Assembly: GCA_964016885.1 (NCBI GenBank) | Contig: OZ024740.1 | Location: forward strand, 426,064,001 to 426,128,000 | DNA length: 64,000 bases | Direction: 5' to 3' | DNA from: Eledone cirrhosa | Taxonomy: Eukaryota | In this document: positions 11,983-27,120 of the stretch, one piece after another | Position numbering within the stretch: position 1 is the stretch's first letter | Layout of the letters: each line of letters starts with the position of its first letter | Notes under the pieces: generated by a model | The model's database searches: none | Seen by the model: the letters and a program-made list of their open reading frames with translations, nothing else | What the model was told of the DNA's origin: nothing | Translations under genes and position numbers: made by a program

Positions 11983-14612
11983 GTGTGTGTATACATACAT
12001 ATAACACATGCACACATATATCAATATATATATTTGTATGTATGTATATATGGTGTATGTATATATGTTAAGGTACGTTTGTTTGCGCGTATTAACGTAT
12101 GTATGTACCTGTCTCCATGTATTCATGCAGAAATGTGTTAAACAGACTAGATTTATTTTTCATTAAAATGTTTTCTTTATTTCCACATGTGTTATTTACC
12201 GACTGTATGTTTCTGTCTGTCTGTCTATTTGTGTATCTCTTATAGAATCATCTTTTTTGTAGATATATACAGCGTATAGTAAATAAACTAAAAATACGAG
12301 CAGACATCGGCTTATGAAACTATATCTTTATGTTGTGGCTTCCCTGATATGATTACCTGTCTTATTAACAACTTCACATTTGTTAACTTCACCTGTTTAC
12401 TTCTTAGTAATCCCGTCAGATTTTCAATCTTATCAACTGTATATCATTTTATTCATTTTCCTATATTGTTTGTCTTCTCATCAAAAATAAAGTATTTTGA
12501 AATATCCAACCCAGATCCAATCTGCAGATCATCGAACATTTTGCTCATGTATTTCTGTTTACTGATGTTCTGATATTGTTTTCGATGAGTTAAGTTATTT
12601 GATCAGTTATTTGTAGCTCCATTACAGATGTAAACAAAATGGGTTTCGGTCATGTTGTTACACGCTGGATCACTACAGCACCAATATGGCCAGTAGCAAC
12701 ACTATGGTCACGATATTTGTTCATCTATCTAAAATGTTTTTGATCCAACAACGGTGTTTAATCTCAATATTTCAGTATGTTTATTGACAACTTGATCCCT
12801 TGATGCTGGATCTACTTAGAAGCAGTCGACTCAAAATTGAATACTGCCTTGTATGTGATGTACTTATGTAGACAACGCCAGTGTCATGGTGTGTATGCGT
12901 GTATCTCTCCACACCCGCACACACACGCACACATACACATACACATACAGGCACACATGCACACACACATACATAGATTTACACATTTCAAATACACAAT
13001 TAAATAGATATGTCGTAAAATCTACTAAATATTGAGTCCTTTAACCATCTCAATAATTATATATCTCGCTTTGATCAACTAAGTTTATACTGACTAGATT
13101 CAGGTCTGTCTATCTTCTATGTACCTTTGGCACATATCTAAGTGTTTTAGCTTATTTGATTCTCCCTGCTGAGCATTCTGAACTTACCTTTGAACACTAT
13201 TCTTTGATAGTTTTCTTGTTTTTATCTCTGACCACCACCTCTCTCTTTCTTGGAATCAGTTATGTGAATGTGCCAATAATGGGGTGTTTATATGTTTAAA
13301 TATAAGTTTGAAAGCTGAGGCAACAAAGAGGAGTTCCAGATAGATTTTGCCAATAAAATATCGCTACGGTTTAAATTCACAACAAATCCCTGATATCCGA
13401 ACGGCTAAATGTCAGTGGAAGGGCAGCCAGGTGTCATGACCTGGATGCTGCCTGGCCCACTTAGTGTGCAAGTCGTTAAGGGCCGAAACACTGGGTTGAG
13501 TGGGGAGGGTTCTTCCCTGAACACTTTTTGCTGTCCAGCTCCCAGGAGAGTTTCTTACAGTTTCTTACCAAACTGGCAGCTCAACATAACATTTTACAAT
13601 CACTGAGCTCATACGACAAGAAGAAACGGCAGGATAAAGAATCGCATGTCTGTTGGTCATTGATTGTATTTCTTACCAAGAGCCACAAACATACATACAG
13701 CTATAACGAACAACATAGGCTTTTAATCTGTTAACAACAACAGTTAAATCCCTGCCAAATCACACCCTGAAAAGGTGTAATGTATAATACACCATTAGAT
13801 ACATTATATCTGAGGAAAAACGAAGACCTAGGATATTCACAGCTAAGAATATATTTGATTATAAGTTTCCTCAGTTGCGGCTAAATAGAAAGTAAAAAAA
13901 AAATTTTTTTTAAATATACAGCCAAAAGAAAAGCAAAGCAATTACTGTGACCATCCGAGGCTGGAACTACTTCGATCTCACTCAAATGCTTAAAGGAGTA
14001 GCTCAAACACCTTAAATGACATGCTAACATTATGAGATAGGGAAAGAGAGGGTGATTAATATAATCCTTGATATGCTTGGGTAGAAAACGAGTTATTTTC
14101 GATTGGAAAAAATTTAACTATAAATAAGTTTGATGAGAGTTGAAGTTCAAACAACACAGACAACTACAACTTCTCAGGACAAAAACGGAACTTCATTTAA
14201 TATAGTAGGAAAATACATCTGCTAAATCACACCTTGCCTCCCTTGAATAATGGTAGAGTATATTGAATACCTTCTTTAAAATACCACAAAGGGTGAACGA
14301 TTGAACTAGAGTCGAAAAACAAAATATTAACCGTACACATTACCTAAATATTATTTCTCTTGTCATACATATCTCTCTCATCTTCTGTATGCCTTTCATT
14401 CAAACTCCTACACACACACGCCCCCCCCCCCCCCACACACACATATATATATATATACATCAATTAGATAGAGTCGAAACAGATGTGTACATTACATTTC
14501 ATTCCGTTTCCAATATATCTAAAATAAGCGACCTAATAATCCTTATGTAAAAACGGAAAGATAGAACCAACTGGTGTGTGTTTACACACACACACACACG
14601 CATACACACACA

Positions 14613-14693
<81 letters not shown>

Positions 14694-14861
14694 ACAAACA
14701 CATACACACACACATATATGTATATATATATATATATGTACATTTATATATAATATATGCATGTGTATACATATATACACAAACACACGCGCACATGTAC
14801 ACACACATATATATAACTACATATATATATATAAACATATATATCTCTGTGTGTGAGTGTG

Positions 14862-14892
<31 letters not shown>

Positions 14893-15014
14893 TTGTGTGT
14901 GTTTGTGTTTGTGTGTGTGTGAGAGAATGGGAAATAATGAAAGACAAGAAAAGAAATAGATAGATAAATAAATAAATACAATATTTATTGTGAATATAAA
15001 CTACATCAATGATA

Positions 15015-18000
15015 GTAACAACAGCAGCAATAACAACAGCAGCAATAACAACAACAGCAATAACAACAGCAGCAATAACAACAGCTGCAATAACAACAGC
15101 AGCAATAACAACAGCAGCAATAACAACAGCAGCAATAACAACAACAGCAATAACAACAGCAGCAATAACAACAGCAGCAATAACAACAGCAGCAATAACG
15201 ACAGCAATAACAACAGCAGCAATAACAACAGCAGCAATAACAACAACAGCAATAACAACAGCAGCAATAACAACAGCAGCAATAACAACAACAGCAATAA
15301 CAACAGCAGCAATAACAACAGCAGCAATAACAACAGCAATAACAACAGCAGCAATAACAACAACAGCAATAACAACAGCAGCAATAACAACAGCAGCAAT
15401 AACAACAGCAGCAATAACAACAACAGCAATAACAACAGCAGCAATAACAACAACAGCAATAACAACAGCAGCAATAACAACAGCAGCAATAACAACAGCA
15501 GCAATAACAACAACAGCAATAACAACAGCAGCAATAACAACAACAGCAATAACAACAGCAGCAATAACAACAGCAGCAATAACAACAGCAGCAATAACAA
15601 CAGCAACAATAACAACAGCAACAATCACAACAGCAGCAATAACAACAACAGCAATAACAACAGCAGCAATAACAACAACAGCAATAACAACAGCAGCAAT
15701 AACAACAGCAGCAATAACAACAGCAGCAATAACAACAGCAACAATAACAACAGCAGCAATAACAACAGCAGCAATAACAACAACAGCAATAACAACAGCA
15801 GCAATAACAACAACAGCAATAACAACAGCAGCAATAACAACAACAGCAATAACAACAGCAGCAATAACAACAGCAGCAATAACAACAGCAGCAATAATAA
15901 CAACAGCAATAACAACAGCAGCAATAACAACAACAGCAATAACAACAGCAGCAATAACAACAGCAGCAATAACAACAGCAACAATAACAACAGCAGCAAT
16001 AACAACAGCAGCAATAACAACAACAGCAATAACAACAGCAGCAATAACAACAACAGCAATAACAACAACAGCAATAACAACAGCAGCAATAACAACAGCA
16101 GCAATAACAACAGCAGCAATAACAACAGCAGCAATAACAACAGCAACAATAACAACAGCAGCAATAACAACAGCAGCAATAACAACAACAGCAATAACAA
16201 CAGCAGCAATAACAACAACAGCAATAACAACAGCAGCAATAACAACAGCAGCAATAACAACAACAGCAATAACAACAGCAGCAATAACAACAACAGCAAT
16301 AACAACAACAGCAATAACAACAGCAGCAATAACAACAGCAGCAATAACAACAGCAGCAATAACAACAGCAGCAATAACAACAGCAACAATAACAACAGCA
16401 GCAATAACAACAGCAGCAATAACAACAACAGCAATAACAACAGCAGCAATAACAACAACAGCAATAACAACAGCAGCAATAACAACAGCAGCAATAACAA
16501 CAGCAGCAATAACAACAGCAATAACAACAGCAGCAGCAATAACAACAACAGCAATAACAACAACAGCAATAACAACAACAGCAATAACAACAACAGCAAT
16601 AACAACAACAGCAGCAATAACAACAGCAGCAATAACAACAGCAGCAATAACAACAGCAGCAATAACAATAGCAACGATAACAATAGCAGCAATAACAACA
16701 GCAATAACAACAACAGCAATAACAACAACAGCAGCAATAACAAGAGCAGCAATAACAACAGCAGCAATAACAACAGCAGAAATAACAACAGCAGCAATAA
16801 CAACAACAGCAATAACACAGCAGCAATAACAACAACAGCAATAACAACAGCAGAAATAACAACAGCAGCAATAACAACAACAGCAATAACAACAGCAGCA
16901 ATAACAACAGCAGCAATAACAACAGCAGCAATAACAACAACAGCAATAACAACAGCAGCAATAACAACAACAGCAATAACAACAGCAGCAATAACAACAA
17001 TAGCAATAACAACAGCAGCAATAACAACAGCATCAATAACAACAGCAGCAATAACAACAGCAGCAATAACAACAGCAGCAATAACAACAACAGCAATAAC
17101 AACAACAGCAATAACAACAGCAGCAATAACAACAGCAGCAATAACAACAGCAGCAATAACAACAGCAGCAATAACAATAGCAACGATAACAATAGCAGCA
17201 ATAACAACAGCAATAACAACAGCAGCAATAACAACAGCAGCAATAACAACAGCAGCAATAACAACAGCAGCAATAACAATAGCAACGATAACAATAGCAG
17301 CAATAACAACAGCAATAACAACAGCAGCAATAACAACAGCAGCAATAACAACAGCAGCAATAACAACTGCAGCAATAACAACAGCAGCAATAACAACAGC
17401 AGCAATAACAACAGCAGCAATAACAATAGCAACGATAACAATAGCAGCAATAACAACAGCAATAACAACAGCAGCAATAACAACAACAGCAATAACAACA
17501 GCAGCAATAACAACAGCAGCAATAACAACAGCAGCAATAACAACAGCAGCAATAACAACAGCAGCAATAACAACAGCAGCAATAACAACAGCAGCAATAA
17601 CAACAGCAGCAATAACAATAGAAACGATAACAATAGCAGCAATAACAACAGCAATAACAACAGCAGCAATAACAACAGCAGCAATAACAACAGCAGCAAT
17701 AACAACAGCAGCAATAACAACAGCAGCAATAACAACAACAGCAATAACAACAGCAGCAATAACAACAGCAGCAATAACAACAACAGCAATAACAACAACA
17801 GCAATAACAACAACAGCAATAACAACAGCAGCAATAACAACAACAGCAATAACAACAGCAGCAATAACAACAGCAGCAATAACAACAACAGCAATAACAA
17901 CAACAGCAATAACAACAACAGCAATAACAACAACAGCAATAACAACAGCAGCAATAACAACAGCAGCAATAGCAACAACAGCAATACAACAGCAGCAATA

Positions 18001-20210
18001 ACAACAACAGCAATAACAACAGCAGCAATAACAACAGCAGCAATAACAACAGCAGCAATAACAACAGCAGCAATAACAACAGCAGCAATAACAATAGCAA
18101 CAATAACAATAGCAGCAATAACAACAGCAATAACAACAGCAGCAATAACAACAGCAGCAATAACAACAGCAGAAATAACAACAGCAGCAATAACAACAGC
18201 AGCAATAACAACAACAGCAATAACACAGCAGCAATAACACCAACAGCAATAACAAAACAGCAATAACAACAACAACAATAACAACAACAGCAATAACAAC
18301 ACCAGCAATAACAACAGCAGCAATAACAACAGCAGCAATAATAACAACAGCAATAACAACAGCAGCAATAACAACAACAGCAATACAACAGCAGCAATAA
18401 CAACAACAGCAATAACAACAGCAGCAATAACAACAACAGCAATAACAACAACAGCAGCAATAACAACAGCAGCAATAACAACAGCAGCAATAACAACAGC
18501 AGAAATAACAACAGCAGCAATAACAACAACAGCAATAACACAGCAGCAATAACAACAACAGCAATAACAACAGCAGAAATAACAACAGCAGCAATAACAA
18601 CAACAGCAATAACAACAGCAGCAATAACAACAGCAGCAATAACAACAGCAGCAATAACAACAACAGCAATAACAACAGCAGCAATAACAACAACAGCAAT
18701 AACAACAGCAGCAATAACAACAATAGCAATAACAACAGCAGCAATAACAACAGCATCAATAACAACAGCAGCAATAACAACAGCAGCAATAACAACAGCA
18801 GCAATAACAACAACAGCAATAACAACAACAGCAATAACAACAGCAGCAATAACAACAGCAGCAATAACAACAGCAGCAATAACAACAGCAGCAATAACAA
18901 TAGCAACGATAACAATAGCAGCAATAACAACAGCAATAACAACAGCAGCAATAACAACAGCAGCAATAACAACAGCAGCAATAACAACAGCAGCAATAAC
19001 AATAGCAACGATAACAATAGCAGCAATAACAACAGCAATAACAACAGCAGCAATAACAACAGCAGCAATAACAACAGCAGCAATAACAACTGCAGCAATA
19101 ACAACAGCAGCAATAACAACAGCAGCAATAACAACAGCAGCAATAACAATAGCAACGATAACAATAGCAGCAATAACAACAGCAATAACAACAGCAGCAA
19201 TAACAACAACAGCAATAACAACAGCAGCAATAACAACAGCAGCAATAACAACAGCAGCAATAACAACAGCAGCAATAACAACAGCAGCAATAACAACAGC
19301 AGCAATAACAACAGCAGCAATAACAATAGCAACGATAACAATAGCAGCAATAACAACAGCAATAACAACAGCAGCAATAACAACAGCAGCAATAACAACA
19401 GCAGCAATAACAACAGCAGCAATAACAACAGCAGCAATAACAACAGCAGCAATAACAACAGCAGCAATAACAACAACAGCAATAACAACAACAGCAATAA
19501 CAACAACAGCAATAACAACAACAGCAATAACAACAGCAGCAATAACAACAGCAGCAATAACAACAACAGCAATAACAACAACAGCAATAACAACAACAGC
19601 AATAACAACAACAGCAATAACAACAGCAGCAATAACAACAGCAACAATAGCAACAACAGCAATACAACAGCAGCAATAACAACAACAGCAATAACAACAG
19701 CAGCAATAACAACAGCAGCAATAACAACAGCAGCAATAACAACAGCAGCAATAACAACAGCAGCAATAACAATAGCAACAATAACAATAGCAGCAATAAC
19801 AACAGCAATAACAACAGCAGCAATAACAACAGCAGCAATAACAACAGCAGAAATAACAACAGCAGCAATAACAACAGCAGCAATAACAACAACAGCAATA
19901 ACACAGCAGCAATAACACCAACAGCAATAACAAAACAGCAATAACAACAACAACAATAACAACAACAGCAATAACAACACCAGCAATAACAACAGCAGCA
20001 ATAACAACAGCAGCAATAATAACAACAGCAATAACAACAGCAGCAATAACAACAACAGCAATACAACAGCAGCAATAACAACAACAGCAATAACAACAGC
20101 AGCAATAACAACAACAACAATAACAACAACAGCAATAACAACAACAGCAATAACAACATTAAAACAGTAACAAAAGCAACAACAATAACAGCATAACAAC
20201 AGCAACAACT
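15015..20210 (+). repeat. 15-bp minisatellite (AATAACAACAGCAGC)n with ~1.7-kb higher-order duplication
   Basis: Direct reading; rare variants recur, e.g. catcaat at 17031 and 18754, aataacacc at 18233 and 19911. Confidence 0.95.
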
Positions 20211-20394
20211 ATCATTTTAAGATGAGGATAATTGAAAAATATCGCATATATATATATATATGTATGTGTATGTATATATATATATGTATGTTTGTATGTA
20301 TGTGTATGTGTATATATATATATATATATATGTTTCTATGTATGTATGAATGCATGTATTAATGTATGTATCTATGTATGTATATATGTATGTT

Positions 20395-21893
20395 TTCTCT
20401 TTCTCTTAATTTCGAGTATATTTTTTTCACCGGTCACCTACCTGGTGGCAAGGTTGTAAAAGAAAAGAAATTGTCATCCCTTGAATCGCAAGAATGTTTT
20501 GCAAATTTTGAAGGTGCCAGCTATCGCAGCCATTTGTAGACTATGAATTAGGGAGCTGCGCTTTTTGTCCGCAAATCCAAGTTCAGTCATACTTTGGTCC
20601 AAGCGGGTTGGTATATAACCCGTAGCACCAATAATGATGGGTATGAAGCTAAAGGTGTATCTTGGATACTGGATTTGTAAACTCCTCATCAATGGTCCGT
20701 AGATGTCCTCCTTCTCCTGTATTTTTCTGACAACGTTTACATCAAGTGGGCAGCTGATCTCCACAACAGAACACGTTTTCAATGTGTGGTCTCAAACTAC
20801 AATATCAGGCCGGTTGTGCTTTAATTTGGTGGCAGTTTTTATTTTCAGGTTCCACCAGTATTCCTTAGTGCCATCTGTCTCAATATATTCTTCCTCGTTT
20901 GTTGTTAATTTTGTTTTCCGACGTGCGTTCCAGATGGTTCTAGCTATCCCATCGTGTCTCATGGGGAGGTAGTAGCGAGATGACATTCTTTCGCAGCTGG
21001 CAACAATGTGGCTTACATCCTCGATCTTTGTTTTACATAGCCTACATTTATTGTCAGCTGCTGGCCCTCCTCTTTTGTGGAGCAGATATTTGGTAGGGAG
21101 TTGTATTGCATAGAGATATCCCTCAAGGTGTGATGTCATAAACTTGTCTGAACTCCATGCCAGGCTTTTTGAGTGGTTTATCCTCTCTATGGTCTGTGTT
21201 TTACGCCTCAAGTATCCATGCACAACTTTTTCTGTAAATTGGTCAATTTTTTTATCTTGTTTGAACATTGAATAGGATCTTCCGATTTCTCTGGGTGAGA
21301 GATTTATATCAGGCTTTATTCCATATCTCTCCTCCAGATCAGTCGCTATTCTAATGATATTTCTTTTTTCATGCTCATAAACCTGAGCAAGATGGTTGCC
21401 AACCTTTTTCCTCTGTTGAAGGTGTTGCTTCAGTGTTACTATCCGGGTCTCATATGTTGTTAATATTGAATTTAGACCCCGGCCACCTTCCTTGCGTGAG
21501 AAGTATAGCCTATCCACATCACCATTGATGTTAAAGTTCCCAGTAACACTGAGAAGTTTTCGAGTTCTAACACCCATCTCACTTAGTTCTTGCAATGACC
21601 AGTTCAGTAGGCCAAATGTTGGCGTTAGAATTGGCACAGCATAAGTATTGTGGGCAATGTATTTGTTGTATGCTGACAGTTCTGATGACCATATTTTCAT
21701 TACTCTTCTGAGGTATTCAGTTCTGGTTCTCTCCTTATTTATGGGTCCATCATATCTGACATTCTCATCCTGTCCAAGATATCTGTAGTTGTCACCTGAC
21801 TGCAGAGGTTGTATTGTCAGGCCGTTCATCTCTAGATTTCTAGAGGAGGGCACAGCTCTTCCACGTTTTACTGCCAAATATGCACACTTGGAC
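20395..21893 (-). mobile_element. R4/Dong-like RLE non-LTR retrotransposon, 5'-truncated
   Basis: RT C-terminus (KCAY, YRYLG, LYFSRKEGGRGL), CCHC knuckle CRLC..EDVSHIVASC, RHD, and RLE motif NRPDIVV*D..VVEISCP...K.DIY..L; flanked on both sides by (TATG)n. Confidence 0.85.
20474..21893 (-). pseudogene. RT-thumb / zinc knuckle / restriction-like endonuclease of RLE LINE
   Basis: ORFs 20792-21877 and 20474-20782 are in the same frame, separated by one TGA at the position that is Trp in PDIMVWD of the 43.4-kb element. Confidence 0.8.
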
Positions 21894-22077
21894 TATGTAT
21901 GTATAAATGTATGTATGTATGTATGTATGTATGCATATATCTATGTATGATTGTATGTATAAATGTATGTATGTATGTATTTATGTGTATATATGTATGT
22001 ATTTATAAATGTATGTATGTATGTATGTATGTATGTATGTATGTATGTATGTATGTATGTATGTATATATGTATGTA

Positions 22078-22613
22078 TGTCTCATGGTCGGGTCGTTGGC
22101 GACTAAACTGGCAACCCCACCAAGGTTTCTTGGTGAGGAGGGTGACTTTGGACATCCTGCAGGACTAAAAACAAAACCTGTCAAAGGGCAAAGGAGCTCT
22201 TAAGAGTCAATGGCCATCCAAAATCACCGGGAGAGATGACCCCTTAGCCTTTGTCAACGCAGAATTCTAGGAGAAGGAAAACTCTGATATAACACCTGCA
22301 ACCCTGATGGTATCCAATGATGTTGACTTGTTCTTCTTTTTGGTTAAGAGAGTGGGACTGGCTTTGTGCAGTGCCTTTGCTCACTATAAAAGCTTCACGG
22401 CACAGGCATTGCTTTATATCTGGAGATCTCTCTGCACTTGTCGTCACAGGGTACCATGGGCCCAGCACTATGTGTCAATATTTGTCACAAGTGTACCAGA
22501 GTTTTCAAGTCTCTGGCTGGACTAAAAAGTCACACTCGTTCAGCGCATCGGTAGGGGTTCTCCTATATGGATATAAAGTAGTGGCCGTACTCGAAAACGA
22601 GTTGGCAGCCACC
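22078..22613 (+). mobile_element. Non-autonomous RTE-derived element (bipartite SINE-like), copy 1
   Basis: Near-identical to 28214-28698, 43969-44560 and 44620-45222; ends ggccgtactcgaaaacgagttggcagccacc plus an (ATGT)n tail. Family copies carry a C2H2 remnant ([17 protein letters not shown]) like the RTE ORF C-terminus. Confidence 0.7.
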
Positions 22614-23329
22614 ATGTATGTATGTATGTATGTATATATGTATATATGTATGAATGTGTAAATGTATATATGTATGTATAAATGTATATAAGTATGTATG
22701 TATAAATGTATGTATGTATGTATAAATGCATGTATGTATAAATGTATGTATGTATGCATAAATGTATGTATGTATAAATGTATGTATCTATGTATAAATG
22801 TATGTATGTATGTATGTATGTATGTATGAATGTATGTATATATGTATGTTGGTGTAAATGTATATATGTATGTATGTATAAATGTATATGTGTATGTATG
22901 TATAAATGTATGTATGTATGTATATATGTATGAATGTATGAATGCATGTATGAATGTATGTATGTATGGATGTATGCATTCATCTATGTATCTATGTATG
23001 GATGTATGCATGCATACATGCAAGCATGTATGTATTTATGTATGTATGTGTGTGTGTATAATATATATGTAAGCATATATATGTAAGCATATATATATAT
23101 ATATACACACATACATATACACACGCGCGCGCGCACACACACACACTTCCATATAAATCTATCTCTCTATATATAGCGTGGGCTTCATCTTTGATAGTGT
23201 GGCGCTATGTTTGTGTAGAGTTGCTCTGGAGTGAAGTGGTTGTAGCAGCAACGTTGCGACTGATCAACCGTTGCTAACCATTGCTGGCAGGTAAAGGGAG
23301 AAACACGCGCACGACAGGATGAAGCGTAC

Positions 23330-24880
23330 AACAGCAACAACAACTACAATCATCATCATCATCATCATCACCATCATCAGCATCAGCATCACCATCAGCA
23401 CCATAATCATTATACCCATCATGAACATCATGAACATCATCACCATCATCACCACCACCACCACCAATACCATCAACACCATCACCAGCACCAACACCAC
23501 CATCACCACCATCATCACCATCACCACCATCATCACCATCATCGTTATCACCATCACCATCACATCCATCATCATCATCACCAACATCACCACCACCACC
23601 ACCCTCACCACCCTCACCACCACCACCACCACCACCACCACCATCACCACCATCACCACTATCACCACCATCACCATCACCATCACCACCATCACCATCA
23701 TCACCACCCCACCACCACCACCACCACCACCACCAGCATCAACACCACCACCACCACCACCATCAACACCACAACCACCATCAGCACCATCACCACCAAC
23801 ACCAACACCACCATCACCACCAACCCCACCACAACCAACACCATCACCACCACTACCACCATCACCACCACCACCACCACCACCACCAACACCACCACCA
23901 CCACCACAACAACAACAACAACCAACACCTCCACCATCACCACCACCACCACCACCATCACCAACATAACCACAACCACCACCACCACCATCAACACCAC
24001 CACCACCATCACCACCACCACCACCACCACCACCACCACCACCATCACCAACACCACCAACACCATCACCACCACCATCACCACCATCACCACTATCACC
24101 ACCATCAACACCACCATCAACACCACCACCACCATCACCATCACCACCACCACCACCACCACCACCACCACCATCACCACCACTACCACCACCACCATCA
24201 CCACCACCACCACCACCACGACCACCACCACCACCACCACCATCACCACCATAACCACAACCATCACCACCACTACCACCACCACCACCACCACCACCAC
24301 CACCACCACCACCATCACCAACACCACCACCACCATCACCACCACCACCACCACCATCACCACCATAACCACAACCACCACCACCACCATCAACACATCC
24401 ATCAACACCACCACCACCATCACCACCACCACCATAACCACAACCACCACCACGACCATCAACACCACCTCCACCACCAGCACTACCACCACCATCACCA
24501 CCACCACTACCACCACCATAACCACAACCATCACCACCATAACCACAACCATCACCACCACCACCATAACCACCACCATTACTACCACCAACACCACCAT
24601 AACCACCATCACCACCACCACCATCATCACCACAACCATAACCACAACCATCACTACCACCATCACCCCCACCATCACCACCACCACCACCACCACCACC
24701 ACCACCACCACCATCACCACCATAACCACAACCATCACCACCACCACCAGCACTACCACCACCATCACCACCACCACCACCATCACCATAACCACAACCA
24801 TCACCACCACCACCACCACCACCACCACCACCACCACCACCACCATCACCACCATAACCACAACCATCACCACCACCATC
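23330..24880 (+). repeat. Compound (CAT/CAC)n microsatellite
   Basis: Direct reading; generates spurious poly-G/P/T/V ORFs. Confidence 0.95.
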
Positions 24881-24933
24881 CAACGACGGTAGAAATGAAA
24901 CAGAATTCAACATTTGAACCAACAATACATCCT

Positions 24934-25002
<69 letters not shown>

Positions 25003-25003
25003 T

Positions 25004-25035
<32 letters not shown>

Positions 25036-25050
25036 GTAGTAGTAGTATTG

Positions 25051-25095
<45 letters not shown>

Positions 25096-25274
25096 TTGAT
25101 ATTAGTAGTTGTATTAGTAGTTGTAGTAGTAGTGGTAGTAGTGGTAGTGGTAGTAGCAGTGGTAGTAGTTGTAGTATTACTAGTACTAGTGGTGGTGGTG
25201 GTGCTAGTAGTAGTAGTAGTATTAATAGTAGTAGTAGTAATAGTAGTAGTAGTAGTGGTAGTAGTGGTAATAAT
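24934..25274 (+). repeat. (GTA)n microsatellite
   Basis: Direct reading. Confidence 0.95.
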
Positions 25275-25460
25275 TGTTTCTACTTTTGGCACAAGGCCAG
25301 CACACACCCAGTGTATTACTGGTACTCTATTTTATCAATCCTCTAAGGATGTAAGGCAAAGTTAACCTGGGCGGGATCTGAACTCAGATCATGAAGAGCC
25401 GTAACTCTTTGCTGGAAAGCATGGCGTCCCAGCCTCTACCGATACTGCCAATTCACCACC
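25275..25460 (-). mobile_element. tRNA-derived SINE with 13-bp TSD
   Basis: Same family as 11025; TSD tagtggtaataat at 25262-25274 and 25461-25473. Confidence 0.8.
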
Positions 25461-25495
25461 TAGTGGTAATAATAGTAGTAGTTTTACAGTGACTT

Positions 25496-26552
25496 CACCA
25501 CCACCACCACCACCACCACCACCACCACCACCACCACCATCACCACCACCTCCATGACCACCACCTCCATGACCACCACCACCACCATGAGCACCACCAC
25601 CACGACCATCACCACCATCACCACCACCACCACCACTACTACCACCACTACGACCACTACCACCACCACCACCTCCCTCACCACCACCACCACCACTACC
25701 ACCACTAACACCACCAGTACCACCACCACCATCACCACCACCATCACCACCACCACCACCACTACCACCACCATCACCATCACCACCATAACCACCACCA
25801 CCACCTCCACTACCACCACCACCACCACCATCACCACCACCACCACCACTACCACCACTACCACCACCAGTACCACCACCACCATCACCACCACCATCAC
25901 CACCACCACTACCACCACTAACACCACCATCACCACCACCACCACCACTACCACCACCATCACCATCACCACCATAACCACCACCACCACCTCCACTACC
26001 ACCACCACCACCACCATCACCACCACCACCACCACTACCACCAGTACCACCACCACCATCACCACCACCATCACCACCACCACTACCACCACTAACACCA
26101 CCATCACCACCACCACCACCACTACCACCACCATCACCATCACCACCATAACCACCACCACCACCACCACTACCACCACCACCACCACAACCACCACCAT
26201 GAGCACCACCACCACGACCATCACCACCACCACCACCACCACGACCACTACCATCACCACCACCACCACTACCACCACCACTACCACCACCACCACCATC
26301 ATTACTACCACCACCACTACCACCACCATCACCAGCACCAGCTCCACGACCACCACCATCACCACCACCATCACCACCATCACCACCACTCCACCACCAT
26401 CACCACCACCATCACCACCACCATCACTACCACCACCATCACCACCATCACCACCACCATCACCACCACCACTACCACCACTAACACCACCATCACCACC
26501 ACCACCACCACTACCACCACCATCACCATGACCACCACCACCACCACCACCA
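25496..26552 (+). repeat. (CAC)n microsatellite
   Basis: Direct reading. Confidence 0.95.
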
Positions 26553-27120
26553 ACATAGCCACATATTCGCCATGGCCTCCAAGCATATGAAATCTGATTG
26601 CTCTTCCCAAATAAAGGAAGATGGAGTGTCTATCCTCAAGCTGTGTATATCTGTTAGCTGAATCCGTCCTACATGCGACAGAAGATCTTCCACATGGCTC
26701 CACAAGTCAGCTATGTTTGAGTACAAGACCTGCTTGTTGATCAGCTCGCATCGTAGACGGCTCCAACTTAATCTGTCAGACAAGGGGATTCTTGAACTCA
26801 TCTTTCTTGTTCGGGGTGAAGGTTTTCAGGGAGAGAATGAATAGTTGATTGCTTTCAACCCCCAGAATCTCCCCAAGAAAGTCGTGTTTCCTCGCCCCCA
26901 ATCCTCTAAGGAAAGTCAAAATGTTTTGTTTTTTTCACAGATTACAGTGGGCAGCTGGGAGAAGGCGGTAAGCGAACAAAGTTATTCGAAGTTCTAAGCG
27001 ATTCCTCCCCGTCTTTGCTTGACCCAGGACTGTAGCTTCATGCAATTGGGATGACTCTATGCGATTTGATGATATCCATATTGGCATATCCTGAAAATCC
27101 AATCGGTATCTGTCAGACAG
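26553..27120 (-). mobile_element. Degraded L1/Tx1-like LINE ORF2 C-terminal fragment
   Basis: Remnants RIPLSDRL, IADLWSHVEDLLSHVGRIQLT and FICLEAMA resemble the post-zinc-knuckle region of Tx1-type LINEs; recognised by eye only. Confidence 0.4.

Noticed and set aside
12310-12730. Protein-like minus-strand reading (KYMSKMFDDLQIGSGLDISKYF...)
   Set aside because: Several stops and no motif I can recognise; would need a tBLASTx search.
13440-13505. ggccc...gggcc-GAAAC hairpin resembling an HHR 3' half
   Set aside because: No CUGANGA upstream and no stem I.
14990-20208. ORFs of 600-1500 aa (poly-N/S, poly-L, CYCCC, VIAAV)
   Set aside because: Translations of a triplet-based minisatellite in several frames; frame changes are random.
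23264-26531. Gly-, Pro-, Thr- and Val-rich ORFs
   Set aside because: Products of (CAC)n and (GTA)n microsatellites.
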